Origin: a virus | Lineage: Duplodnaviria; Caudoviricetes | Reading direction: 5' to 3' (one strand) | DNA: 64,000 nucleotides | IMG/VR virus record: IMGVR_UViG_3300031996_000004 | Location: 5,931 to 69,930 of that record | Part shown: piece after piece, positions 36,762 to 45,726 of the stretch | Layout of the letters: each line of letters opens with the position of its first letter | Numbering within the stretch: the stretch's first letter is position 1 | Notes under the pieces: model-generated | Told to the model about the DNA's origin: nothing | The model's database searches: none | Seen by the model: the letters and a program-made list of their open reading frames with translations, nothing else | Translations under genes and position numbers: made by a program

Positions 36762-38776
36762 CAGCTCAGCCCTCCGCGCACCGTGGTCGTGCGGATCATC
36801 CCGCTCGGGTATCGAGTCTGACGGATGAAGCCACGTCGCATGGACGGGGCGCGCCGCATGCCGGTGGGACGCAGGAGCGCCTTGCCGACCAGCGCCTGCT
36901 CGCGAGCTCGCAGGTCGCGACGCTGCAGGTGCGCGCCCTCCAGACCGTTGAGCGCCGCTGCGCCACCGGCGATGGTGCCGGTGGCGAAGGAGGCGGTGCG
37001 CAGCTTGCCGGCCCGCGGGGTGTGCCGGACCTTGGGCAGCAGCGAGCCGCCCAGCAGCCCGGTGGCCGCGATCGAGCCGGTCGAGGTGGTCGCGGCGATG
37101 GCAGCCGCGCGACGCTTGCGCCGGATCTGCTCGAGCTCCTCGCGCCGGGACATGCCGCTGCTCTGGTCGGCCTTGGCGAACGCCTTGGAGCCACGCCGGG
37201 CGCCCTGGTTGTGCTGGCGACGGTAGCGGTCGTCCCGGCTCATGATGTGCCCGTACATGGCCTGCTGGCCGGCCTGACCGATCACCGAGCCACCGACCAG
37301 CGCGCCGACCGCGGCCGGACCCTTGTGTGCGGCGATCAGTCGCCCTGCCCGGGTAGCTGCCGCACGAGCACCGGTGGCCCTGGCAGCACCAGCCACCCGC
37401 GGCGCCCGACGCTCGAGCTGCGCCCCTGCGCGCTGGCCCAGACCGGGGCCACTCGAGGGCTTGATCCCGGCTCGAGCCTTGACGTTGGTCTTGGCCCCCT
37501 CGATCTTGTTGTTGAGCGCGTTGGCGCGCTGCTCGAAGCCTACGAACCGGTGCGCCAGGGCGGCAGCTCCCACCGCGCCGGCAGCGTTGCCGGCCAGCCC
37601 AGCGCCGGCGCCAGCGGCGTAGTTCTGCGCCGCGGTGCGGCGACGGTACGGCTCAGGGGACAGCCGGGCCGCCTGAGCCGCCTGGGTGAAGTCGCCGACC
37701 ACCGGCAGGCCGCCGGAGGCGGTCACCCGAGCACGGCGCTCGCCGCGGCTCATGGAGGCGCCCGGGTCGTCCTTGCGGATCGCGCCCTGTCCGGAGGCGA
37801 CCTCGCGGACCAGCTTGTCCTTGTCGTTCAGGCTCGAGACGTCGTAGGAGACGGCACGCAGCGTCTCGGCCGCCTTGGTGCGGCCGGTGGCCACCAGTTT
37901 GCCGGTGACCCGCTTGGCGTTGGGCAGGTGTCGGTCGATCACTGGCCGCGGCCTGGGCTTCGCCCGCCGCGGGGCGTAGGGCTCGACACGGTCGGCCACC
38001 CGGGACAGGTTGGTGGTCCAGTGCGCCCCGACCACCGCGCCAGCGGTGTTAGCCGCGGCCCGCGGGCTCATCTTGCCGACCATCTCCTGGCGCAGCGCGT
38101 GCGGGGACAGCGTGGTCTTGCCCGGGCGCCCTTCGACGACGTGGGCGCTGCTGGACGGGCGCGCCGGCTTGGCCCGCTTGCGCCGGACTCCGGTGGGAGT
38201 GACCTCGTACTGGCCGTGACTGGCCCGGTTGGTCAGCCGGGACTGCAGCGGCAGCGCGGCCGAGCCAGCGACGATGCCCACCCCGCGAGCGATCCCCGAG
38301 CGTGCCGAGCCGCCGAGCTTGGTCCGCCCCACTAGCCGGTGGGTGATCCCGCCGGCGGCCGAGCCCACCGCGGCCCCGGCCAGGTAGTTGCCGAGCACCA
38401 GCTTGGCCGGCGGCTTCTCGGCGATGGAGGCGTTGCGCTCGTGGAAGGACTCCTTGGCGCCGGCCAGTCCCTCGCCCAGGAAGGAGCGCTTGCGGTCATC
38501 GGCCTTGGACGTCGTCTCCTTGCGGCGCATCAGCCGCGAGGTGCCGACGGCGGCCGGCGGCACCGAGACCAGCCCGAGCGCGGCGGAGGCAGCCCAGCGA
38601 CCGCGTCCGGCTACCTTTCCCCGCCGCAGGTAGACCCGCTCGTGGCCGAAGGGGAACTTCGGGCGCGCCTGGCCGGCGTAGGCACGCTCGAGCCCGGAGT
38701 GCGCCAGTGCCCCACTGGCGGCCACTCCGCCCAGACCGAGCGTGGCGGTGGCGGCGTCCTGGCGGCGGTCGCTCAC
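36761..38776 (-). CDS. Basic polyprotein-like head-module protein (671 aa, about six modules)
   Basis: Modules split at TTSK, MVGK, AIRK, AFAK and LVGK; Arg-rich, most with Gly/Ala helices. Confidence 0.7.
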   Translation of the reverse strand: MSDRRQDAATATLGLGGVAASGALAHSGLERAYAGQARPKFPFGHERVYLRRGKVAGRGRWAASAALGLVSVPPAAVGTSRLMRRKETTSKADDRKRSFLGEGLAGAKESFHERNASIAEKPPAKLVLGNYLAGAAVGSAAGGITHRLVGRTKLGGSARSGIARGVGIVAGSAALPLQSRLTNRASHGQYEVTPTGVRRKRAKPARPSSSAHVVEGRPGKTTLSPHALRQEMVGKMSPRAAANTAGAVVGAHWTTNLSRVADRVEPYAPRRAKPRPRPVIDRHLPNAKRVTGKLVATGRTKAAETLRAVSYDVSSLNDKDKLVREVASGQGAIRKDDPGASMSRGERRARVTASGGLPVVGDFTQAAQAARLSPEPYRRRTAAQNYAAGAGAGLAGNAAGAVGAAALAHRFVGFEQRANALNNKIEGAKTNVKARAGIKPSSGPGLGQRAGAQLERRAPRVAGAARATGARAAATRAGRLIAAHKGPAAVGALVGGSVIGQAGQQAMYGHIMSRDDRYRRQHNQGARRGSKAFAKADQSSGMSRREELEQIRRKRRAAAIAATTSTGSIAATGLLGGSLLPKVRHTPRAGKLRTASFATGTIAGGAAALNGLEGAHLQRRDLRAREQALVGKALLRPTGMRRAPSMRRGFIRQTRYPSGMIRTTTVRGGLS

Positions 38777-39057
38777 GTGGGGTTCCTCTCGAGGTTGTAG
38801 GCCAGCGTGCGCACCACCGCGCTGGCCGGCTGCCTGGTGGCGGCCGCGTGGTGCTCGAGCATGGCGGTGAACCAGCTCGCGGACGCGCTGAACAGCACCG
38901 CCCAGGCGTCAGCCGGGCTCTGGTGCTTCTGCGCGGCGTCGGCCATGTAGCAGTTGAGCAGCAGTGCGGCGTCGCTCTCGTTGCCGCCGATCTTGGCCGT
39001 CGCGATGCCCAGCACGGTGCGGGTGGCGTCAGGCAGTAGCGCCTCGGCGGCGTTCAT
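38773..39057 (-). CDS. Hypothetical protein downstream of the portal gene
   Basis: MNAAEALLPD... start at 39057, ATGA overlap with the portal stop; 94 aa. Confidence 0.6.
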   Translation of the reverse strand: MNAAEALLPDATRTVLGIATAKIGGNESDAALLLNCYMADAAQKHQSPADAWAVLFSASASWFTAMLEHHAAATRQPASAVVRTLAYNLERNPT

Positions 39058-40751
39058 CGTCGCTGGCCACCTTGGCTGCCGCCCTGCTGCTGGCCACCGC
39101 CCTGCTGCTGGCCACCGCCCTGCTGCTGGCCGATGGCCTGGAACATCTGCTGGGCCTGGTTGAGCTGGTGGTCGCTGTCTGCGCGCTGCTCCTGGGCCTG
39201 GCCGAACTGCATCTGCTGCTGGCCCTGCTGCATCTGCTGCTGCTGCTGGGCGTACTCCAGAGTGGGCTTGCCGGCGGCGAGCTGCTGCTCGGCCGCCATG
39301 GCCTGGGCCAGCTGGGAGCGCGCGGCCAGGTAGCGGGTCTGGGTCTCGGCGAACCGGGCTGCCTCGTCCAGCCGGGCCAGCCGGCGGTTGGCCGCCTGCG
39401 CGTCCTCGCCGAGCTCGGGCAGCCCCGCGGCGTGGCGCAGGTAGCGCTCCATCTCGGTGTCCGGGCCCCAGTTGAAGCCCAGCCCCGCGGTGGCGGTCAG
39501 GAACTGGGACAGCTGGGTGAGGTCGGGGGCGTCGACGTTGCCCGGCTGAAGGGTCGGCAGCGTGGACGGCTTCCAGCCGTTGGCCGCGAACAGCCGCGGG
39601 ATGGCGTGCCGGTTGAACACCTCGGCGATGGACAGCGCCACCGCGTTCAGCGCGTCCCGGAAGATGCCGGTCTTGTCGACGTGCAGGTTGTAGGTGCCGG
39701 TGGAGCCCTGGTGGCCGACCATGATGAAGTCGGCCAGCACGGTCATCAGCTGGCGCTGCTCGTAGCGCTGGATCAGCTCGTTGGTGGAGAACTGCCGCTG
39801 CCCGCCGGAGCCCATCAGCTCGAACTTGAACATCGGCTGCTTGGTGTCCGGGTCGTAGGCGGTTGGGAAGACCAGCCCCTCCTGCTCGTTGCGCCGGATG
39901 GAGCGGACCATCTTCTTCATGGCCTCGACCATCTTGGCCTGGTCGGTGCCCTTGCCGGCGCGCAGGTACTCGCTCGGCACGCTGACCATGGGCAGACCGG
40001 CCAGGTCGCGCTCGACGCCCACGCTCTCGAACTCCTCGAGGCGCTTCTTGTAGTACCAGGGCCGGTAGGAGTTGCGCAGCAGCGAGCGCCCCTCGGGGTT
40101 GCCCTTGTGGTGGCCGAAGCGGAACAGCAGCGAGCGGTCGATCGGGATGGTGCGGGTCTTGTAGTCCGGCGGGGAGAGCTGGACCATGGCGCGCACGTCG
40201 CCGGTGTCGTCGAAGACCCAGCGCTGCAGGGTCTCCTGAGCGCGGATCGGCATCTTGCGCCAGCCGATCAGGCCGTCGCTGTGCTTGGAGCGGTGCCTGC
40301 CATCGCGCTGCCAGGGGCCCATCCGGCGCTTGTAGACGATCTCGTGCCAGGACCAGCCGTACTGCAGACAGGACAGGATCTCCATGATCGTGTCGTCCCA
40401 CGAGCTGCTCATGTCGTCCATTGACGTCTCGACCAGCTTGGCCGCGTTGGCGTCGTCGCGGCTCTTGCCGCCGGGCACCACCGGCCAGTCGATGCCGCGC
40501 AGCAACTGGGTGAAGGTGAACAGCAGCGCCCCGGTGATCGGGTCGTTGTCGCCCATCTCGCGGAAGACCTGGACGCCCTTGCGCCCCTTGAGCTGGGGCA
40601 GGAACTCCTCGTCGAGGTAGCCGGCCGAGCGCTTGAGGCCGGTGACGCCGATCTCGTCCATCCACAGCGGACCACTGGTCAGCTGCTGGACCTCGGCTAC
40701 GGCGTCCCGGTCAGCCGCCTCGGTGGGGCTGGGGTACCTGGTTCCGGCCAC
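39054..40751 (-). CDS. Portal protein (Mu gp29/DUF935-like)
   Basis: EIGVTGLK...YGWSWHEIVYKR...HHKGNPEGRSLLRNSYRPWYYKKRLEEFESVGVERDLAGLP...AEVFNRHAIPRL. Confidence 0.9.
   Translation of the reverse strand: MAGTRYPSPTEAADRDAVAEVQQLTSGPLWMDEIGVTGLKRSAGYLDEEFLPQLKGRKGVQVFREMGDNDPITGALLFTFTQLLRGIDWPVVPGGKSRDDANAAKLVETSMDDMSSSWDDTIMEILSCLQYGWSWHEIVYKRRMGPWQRDGRHRSKHSDGLIGWRKMPIRAQETLQRWVFDDTGDVRAMVQLSPPDYKTRTIPIDRSLLFRFGHHKGNPEGRSLLRNSYRPWYYKKRLEEFESVGVERDLAGLPMVSVPSEYLRAGKGTDQAKMVEAMKKMVRSIRRNEQEGLVFPTAYDPDTKQPMFKFELMGSGGQRQFSTNELIQRYEQRQLMTVLADFIMVGHQGSTGTYNLHVDKTGIFRDALNAVALSIAEVFNRHAIPRLFAANGWKPSTLPTLQPGNVDAPDLTQLSQFLTATAGLGFNWGPDTEMERYLRHAAGLPELGEDAQAANRRLARLDEAARFAETQTRYLAARSQLAQAMAAEQQLAAGKPTLEYAQQQQQMQQGQQQMQFGQAQEQRADSDHQLNQAQQMFQAIGQQQGGGQQQGGGQQQGGSQGGQRR
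39081..39131 (-). repeat. 18-bp tandem repeat encoding QQQGGG in the portal C-terminus
   Basis: gccctgctgctggccacc x2 plus a partial copy. Confidence 0.8.
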
Positions 40752-40920
40752 GCGCTCTCCTTGGTCGATCCTGTGCTCGCTGATCGTCTCACCCTAGAGG
40801 CGGGCAGCGTGGGATCAGCGGTACCTGTGCCAGAACCGGTCCCAGATGAACACCTTGGCCGCCGTCAGGACCACCACCGCGCCGAAGGCGAGGGCGCTGA
40901 GGTACTCGACCAAGGACAGC

Positions 40921-41223
40921 TCAGAGTGCTGGTCCACCGACCGGCTCCGCTGGCTCGGGCTGGGGCGTGGGCGGCAGCGGAGTGGGGATCACCGAGCCGT
41001 CGATCTTGCGCCGCATCACGTAGGAGACCACGGTCTGGACCACGGTCTTGGCCAGTGAGAAGCCGACAACGGCCCACTGGATGTCGCCCCAGCCGCCGGC
41101 AGTGGCGAACACGGTGACCAGCACCGTGCCGACGGCGACGGCCAGGTCGATTGCCAGCCCCTGGATGAAGGTGCGCAGCGCTCGGTTCTTGGCATCCGCG
41201 GTGAGCAGATCGGTGCTGGTCAT
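40921..41223 (-). CDS. Holin
   Basis: RALRTFIQG...two TM segments...SLAKT; directly downstream of the endolysin. Confidence 0.8.
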   Translation of the reverse strand: MTSTDLLTADAKNRALRTFIQGLAIDLAVAVGTVLVTVFATAGGWGDIQWAVVGFSLAKTVVQTVVSYVMRRKIDGSVIPTPLPPTPQPEPAEPVGGPAL

Positions 41224-42071
41224 GGCTTTCCGTTCAGGTAGCGCTGCAGGAGGGTGATGGTGATCGGTCCGGGGATGCCGTCCGGCTTGGCGCCGACCTT
41301 GAGCTGGATGCCGGCCCAGGTCTTGGGGCCAAGCACGCCATCGGGCTTAGCCCCGACCCAGCGCTGGATGGTGGTGACCGTGACCGGACCCCAGATGCCA
41401 TCCACAACGACCCGCAGGAACTGCTGGGTGCGACTACGGGTGGCCCGGCCGAAGATGCCGTCGACCTTGAGCCAGATCTTGGTTGGCACCTTCTTGACCG
41501 GCGGCAGCACCACCACGGGCGGCTTGTAGCCGACCAGCCGGTTGGCCTGGGCCACCATGTCGGCCAGCGGGTAGTAGGGGCCGGGGTCGGTGTGCCCACC
41601 GACCGGGCCGAAGACCCGGGTCGCCTGGGCATGGGTGATCACCCCGGCGTAGCTGCGCGAGAGCAGCTGGGCGTCGGTCATCGTGCGCAGCGGGATCTGG
41701 TAGGCCTGGTTCCACTCGGCGCACACCGTCGCGGTGTTGGCGATGGTGGCCTGGGAGAACGGGTCGGACCAGTCCGCGGCGCTCTGGGAGGCCCGGCCGG
41801 CCTGCTCGACGTGCAGCCCGTCGGCGTTGACGTACGGTGCGCCCCAGGCGGTGTCCGCGTCGTCGACGTAGGTGCAGATCGAGTCGGCGTCGGTGCCCTT
41901 GTGCGCGCTGCCGCCGGCAGCCGGGTTCTGGAACCAATAGCCCATCCCCTCGGCCGCGGTGGGCAGCTCCTGGGTCTCACCGTCGTGCACGACGATGTAC
42001 CGGATCACCCCGGCGATGCGCCCGGCGTGGTAGTTCTTCGGGCTAGCGGGGATCGAGGTTCTGGTGGTCAT
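41220..42071 (-). CDS. Endolysin: N-acetylmuramoyl-L-alanine amidase (Amidase_2) plus peptidoglycan-binding repeats
   Basis: YIVVHDGE...GSAH...AWGAP..N..GLHVEQAG...THAQ...GGHTDPG; four C-terminal DGxxGxxT repeats; start MTTRTS at 42071. Confidence 0.9.
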   Translation of the reverse strand: MTTRTSIPASPKNYHAGRIAGVIRYIVVHDGETQELPTAAEGMGYWFQNPAAGGSAHKGTDADSICTYVDDADTAWGAPYVNADGLHVEQAGRASQSAADWSDPFSQATIANTATVCAEWNQAYQIPLRTMTDAQLLSRSYAGVITHAQATRVFGPVGGHTDPGPYYPLADMVAQANRLVGYKPPVVVLPPVKKVPTKIWLKVDGIFGRATRSRTQQFLRVVVDGIWGPVTVTTIQRWVGAKPDGVLGPKTWAGIQLKVGAKPDGIPGPITITLLQRYLNGKP

Positions 42072-42462
42072 GGGTGCCCTCCGCGGCAAGTTCGTGGTCT
42101 GAGGATGCGACCCGCAGGTGCCGTACGTCGGCAGGCTCGCCGGTGGTGGCCAGGGTCTTGATCCAGCGGATCGCCCGGATGAAGACAATCGTGTCGAACA
42201 GGATCGTAGTGAAGATCCGGGCTGTGGCCACCCCGTTGTCGTGCGGAGACTGGATGCCGACCCGGAAGATGTTCCAGCTCGAGAGCAGGTACAGCAGGCA
42301 GATGCCGATCGGCAGAGCGGCGAAGTCGACCAGCTCGAACCAGGTGAAGGCTGCGCCCCGACGGCGCCGGGCCTTGACGGCCGATGGAGTCCAGGTGAAG
42401 ACGTAGAAGACCGACGCCAGTGTCCCCAGCAGTGTCAGCGAGGCGATGGTCATCTCATACAC
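42043..42462 (-). CDS. Membrane protein in the lysis cassette
   Basis: About three hydrophobic segments; 139 aa. Confidence 0.55.
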   Translation of the reverse strand: MYEMTIASLTLLGTLASVFYVFTWTPSAVKARRRRGAAFTWFELVDFAALPIGICLLYLLSSWNIFRVGIQSPHDNGVATARIFTTILFDTIVFIRAIRWIKTLATTGEPADVRHLRVASSDHELAAEGTHDHQNLDPR

Positions 42463-42484
42463 GTCTTTCGCCCTATCCCTGCAT

Positions 42485-42721
42485 CTACCGCCGAGCGCTC
42501 GCAGCGGCCTTCAACAGTGCATCATGGCTAGCGATTAGCGCGCTAGCCGCCCGTTCAGCCCTATTTGTAGCCCTGTTCACCCGAGATATCCGGTCGTTGA
42601 ACACCCGAGTCTTGACCGCGGTCTCGGTGGCGATCCGGGTGCCACGCTCGCGGCTCTCCCTGACCTTGCGCCGCCAGAACACCACCATCGGGTCACGACT
42701 TCTCACGCTGTGAGCGTTCAT
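42485..42721 (-). CDS. Small basic hypothetical protein
   Basis: 78 aa; fills the gap in the lysis cassette; atypical codon use. Confidence 0.4.
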   Translation of the reverse strand: MNAHSVRSRDPMVVFWRRKVRESRERGTRIATETAVKTRVFNDRISRVNRATNRAERAASALIASHDALLKAAASARR

Positions 42722-43082
42722 AGGCCTGACGTTCCCTTTCAGCCTGCCGGTCCATTGCCTCGGCAGACTTCTCCAGGGCCACCGCCGCTCGTTCCATGGT
42801 CGCGGCGTACTGCTCGAACATCGGGAAGAGCTTCCCTTCGATCAGTCCCGAGAGCCGGGTGTTCTCGGCGGCCAGGGCCTTGGCTTGGGGGCCTGGGACA
42901 ATCCACCCGGTGGCGAACCCCACAACCACTAGACCCAACACACCGTACTGGAGCCAGGGGCTGATCGGGTCCGTGGCGCTGGCCACTTCCGCGAACCGCT
43001 GACCGACCTGGTGGGTGGTCACCACATGGGCGTAGACCTGGTCGAGGCGTGACTGCACGGCGACCAGGACATAGCTCAGCAC
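42693..43082 (-). CDS. Single-TM membrane protein with coiled-coil C-terminus (lysis accessory)
   Basis: Probable GTG at 43082; LQYGVLGLVVVGFATGWIVPG followed by a helical tail. Confidence 0.6.
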   Translation of the reverse strand: MLSYVLVAVQSRLDQVYAHVVTTHQVGQRFAEVASATDPISPWLQYGVLGLVVVGFATGWIVPGPQAKALAAENTRLSGLIEGKLFPMFEQYAATMERAAVALEKSAEAMDRQAERERQAYERSQREKS

Positions 43083-43339
43083 TTCAGCGCCTTCAGTTGA
43101 GCCTCGCTGATGCCTTGGCTGGCCAGGATGACGCACTGTCGAGCGGTCTCTTCGACCTGGAACTGGATGCGCTGCTGGCGGGAGTCCGACACGTAGGCGC
43201 TCAAGCCCCGGACCATGGAGATCAGCGTGAGGCTGACCAGCAGCATGATCACCACCGCGATGGTCAGCACCCGCATTGCCCACCCCTCCCAAGTGTCCGG
43301 CACGTCGACCACCTTCTTGAGGAAGTGGAGGGCGGGCAT
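43076..43339 (-). CDS. Single-TM membrane protein (lysis accessory)
   Basis: VLTIAVVIMLLVSLTLISMV; 87 aa. Confidence 0.65.
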   Translation of the reverse strand: MPALHFLKKVVDVPDTWEGWAMRVLTIAVVIMLLVSLTLISMVRGLSAYVSDSRQQRIQFQVEETARQCVILASQGISEAQLKALKC

Positions 43340-43379
43340 GGGCTCAGGATATTGGCGGTAGGCGGCGAAGCCGTGGAAC

Positions 43380-44045
43380 TCAGACTGCCGTGGCTGGCGT
43401 CAGTGACAAAGTGGCGTTGACCAGCGAGAAGTCGCCCGAGCCGCCGGCCGCGGCGGCCCACTGCAGCGAGATGACGTTGCTGGCGCCGGGGAAGGCGTAG
43501 ATGCCTGCGCAGCCCCACTCCCAGATGCTCGAGAGGCCGCCGGGGGCCCGGGACCAGCCGGCGTTGGACGCGGTGGCCTGCTGGGGGTAGATCGCCGTGG
43601 TCCCCTGCAGGATCCGAAAGCCCATCCCGACATCGCCGTCATGGGCCACCTGGGCGCCCACCAGGTAGGCGCCTGTGGCTGGCACCGTGATGCTCAGGTC
43701 TGCCACGGTGGCCCAGACGTCGCTGCGTGAGACCGTGGTCGGCCCCAGCGCCTTGCGGATCAGCGGGCCGGCGGTGCTGATGTGTCCGGGCACCCAGTCG
43801 GTGCCGTCCCAGATCAGGGCGTCACCGGGCTGCACTCCTGAGACGTGCACATCGCCCAGCTGGCCCAGCAGCGTGTCGCCGAGCGCGGACTGCAGGTCCT
43901 CGGTGGTCACGTCGGCCGGGGAGATGATGCCGTTGTCCAGGAACTGCAGCAGCTGGCGGCGCGACCAGGTGCTGGTGTCCACGGTGGCGCCCTGGATGTA
44001 GGCCCGGCCGTAGATGGTGGTGTCCAGGCTTGCCATGAACCTCAT
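43380..44045 (-). CDS. Putative virion fibre-like structural protein
   Basis: Start MRFMASLD at 44045 overlaps the terminase stop. LGQLGDVHVSGVQPGDALIWDGTDWVP fibre-type motif plus a beta-rich C-domain. Confidence 0.6.
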   Translation of the reverse strand: MRFMASLDTTIYGRAYIQGATVDTSTWSRRQLLQFLDNGIISPADVTTEDLQSALGDTLLGQLGDVHVSGVQPGDALIWDGTDWVPGHISTAGPLIRKALGPTTVSRSDVWATVADLSITVPATGAYLVGAQVAHDGDVGMGFRILQGTTAIYPQQATASNAGWSRAPGGLSSIWEWGCAGIYAFPGASNVISLQWAAAAGGSGDFSLVNATLSLTPATAV

Positions 44046-45631
44046 ACGCTCATCGCCTCCCATGGGTCGGCGCCACCGGTGCCGGTGGGCACCAGCAGGC
44101 CGGAGTCGGTGAAGCCGTAGCGCTCGTCGACGATGGTGACCCCACCGATGGTCTGGAAGGTCCCGTCGTCGGGCTTGACGTGGAACGGGGCGTCCACCGC
44201 GCGCACGGTGTCCTGGCGCGGGATGGTGCCGTCGTGGCGGGTCGGGGCCGGCAGCTTCTTGATCGCCCGGTGCGCCAGCGCCATGGCGGCCAGGTCGTCG
44301 GGCAGGTGGGTGTTCCACTTCCCGGGGGCGTAGATGTCGGCCACCGTGGCGGACCGGTGCGCGCGGTAGAGCGGGTTGACCGCCACGGCCGGGTGCTCGA
44401 GGTTCTTCTCGATCAGCGGCAGCCGGTACTTGCCGTGCTCGAAGTCGGTGATGTAGTCCAGCAGCATCTGGGTGCGGGCCCGGCCGACCATGACGAACTT
44501 GTTGGTGGTGTCGGAGAAGTCGACGAAGTCGTTGACCACGTTGCCGACGCCGGTGCCATCGTGCTCGGCCACCGCCTGGTAGGCCTGGGTGTCCTTGTTG
44601 AACAGGCTGATCATGTAGTCCCAGGGCCGGCGGTTGATCCGGGTGAGCTTGACCATCCGGTGTGGCTCGACGTCGTAGCGCATCACCGCGATGACGGTCT
44701 TGTCCTGCTCCTTGGCCCAGTCTGCGCCGACCGCGTACAGCCCGTTGGCGACCGGGTCCTCCCAGACGTAGACGTCGTGGTCGCCGTTGCCCTTGTGCTC
44801 CTCGCGGATGGTCGGCTCGTAGGCCACGAAGTACTCCTCGACCTTGTCCAGGTCGAAGGCGCGGGAGCCGGCGGCCGGCTCGTTCAGGTCGTACTCGGTG
44901 TGCCACATCTGCGCCGAGACGGTCTGGCGCTTGTTGTCGATGAAGCGCTGGCTCATCCAGCCGTGCGGCTGCAGCAGCTCGCGCCAGCACCAGGTGAAGA
45001 CGGGTAGCCCGCGCTCACGCGCGGTCTCGATGACCTGGGTGAAGGTGCCCTCGGGGTTCTGCCAGGTGCTCGAGGCCACGATGTACTCGTTGATGACCTC
45101 GCCGTGGGCGTTCAGCTGCTCCATCGCCTGGCCGAGCGAGGCGTTGTAGATGTCCCACTCCATCTCATCGACCTCGTCGAGGAGCTGCAGCGGCGGGTGC
45201 GGGCCACGGACCGTGGTCTGGGAGGCCGGCAGCGGCTTGATCGCCTTGCCGGTGGCCATCTGGATCAGGGTGGCCTGGTCCTTGGCCATCGCGTAGGTCG
45301 GGGCGTTGGGGTGGGCCATCAGCTTGCGCATGTGCTCGCGGACGTTCAGCGACTGGGTCATCGAGCCGCCCAGGATGGTCACGTCGATGTCGCGCACGAA
45401 CGCCTTGACCAGCCCGAGCACGGCCAGCGCCAGCGACTTGCCGCTACCTCGAGAGGCGTACCAGACCGCGTAGTTCGGCTCCTTGCCGAAGAAGGCGTGG
45501 CTGACCGCCTCGAAGGGGGACACGTGGTCGGCGCAGACCTTCTGCCGCGGCAGCTTGATGCCGAACATGGCGTTGATGACCCACCACAATTCCTCCTCTG
45601 TCCTCGGAGGACGAGGAAGCACAAAGGTCAT
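44042..45631 (-). CDS. terL: Terminase large subunit
   Basis: Walker A ASRGSGKS, Walker B LQLLDEVDE, motif III SSTW, nuclease VGADWAKEQD...HLPDDLAAMALA; start MTFVLPRP at 45631. Confidence 0.9.
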   Translation of the reverse strand: MTFVLPRPPRTEEELWWVINAMFGIKLPRQKVCADHVSPFEAVSHAFFGKEPNYAVWYASRGSGKSLALAVLGLVKAFVRDIDVTILGGSMTQSLNVREHMRKLMAHPNAPTYAMAKDQATLIQMATGKAIKPLPASQTTVRGPHPPLQLLDEVDEMEWDIYNASLGQAMEQLNAHGEVINEYIVASSTWQNPEGTFTQVIETARERGLPVFTWCWRELLQPHGWMSQRFIDNKRQTVSAQMWHTEYDLNEPAAGSRAFDLDKVEEYFVAYEPTIREEHKGNGDHDVYVWEDPVANGLYAVGADWAKEQDKTVIAVMRYDVEPHRMVKLTRINRRPWDYMISLFNKDTQAYQAVAEHDGTGVGNVVNDFVDFSDTTNKFVMVGRARTQMLLDYITDFEHGKYRLPLIEKNLEHPAVAVNPLYRAHRSATVADIYAPGKWNTHLPDDLAAMALAHRAIKKLPAPTRHDGTIPRQDTVRAVDAPFHVKPDDGTFQTIGGVTIVDERYGFTDSGLLVPTGTGGADPWEAMSV

Positions 45632-45726
45632 CGGGACTCCAGATAGGCGATCGCGGCTCTCAGCCTGTCCCGCGACGGACGCTCGTCGTCGTTCTGCGGG
45701 GCCCTTGGCAAGACGAAGGTCATGGG

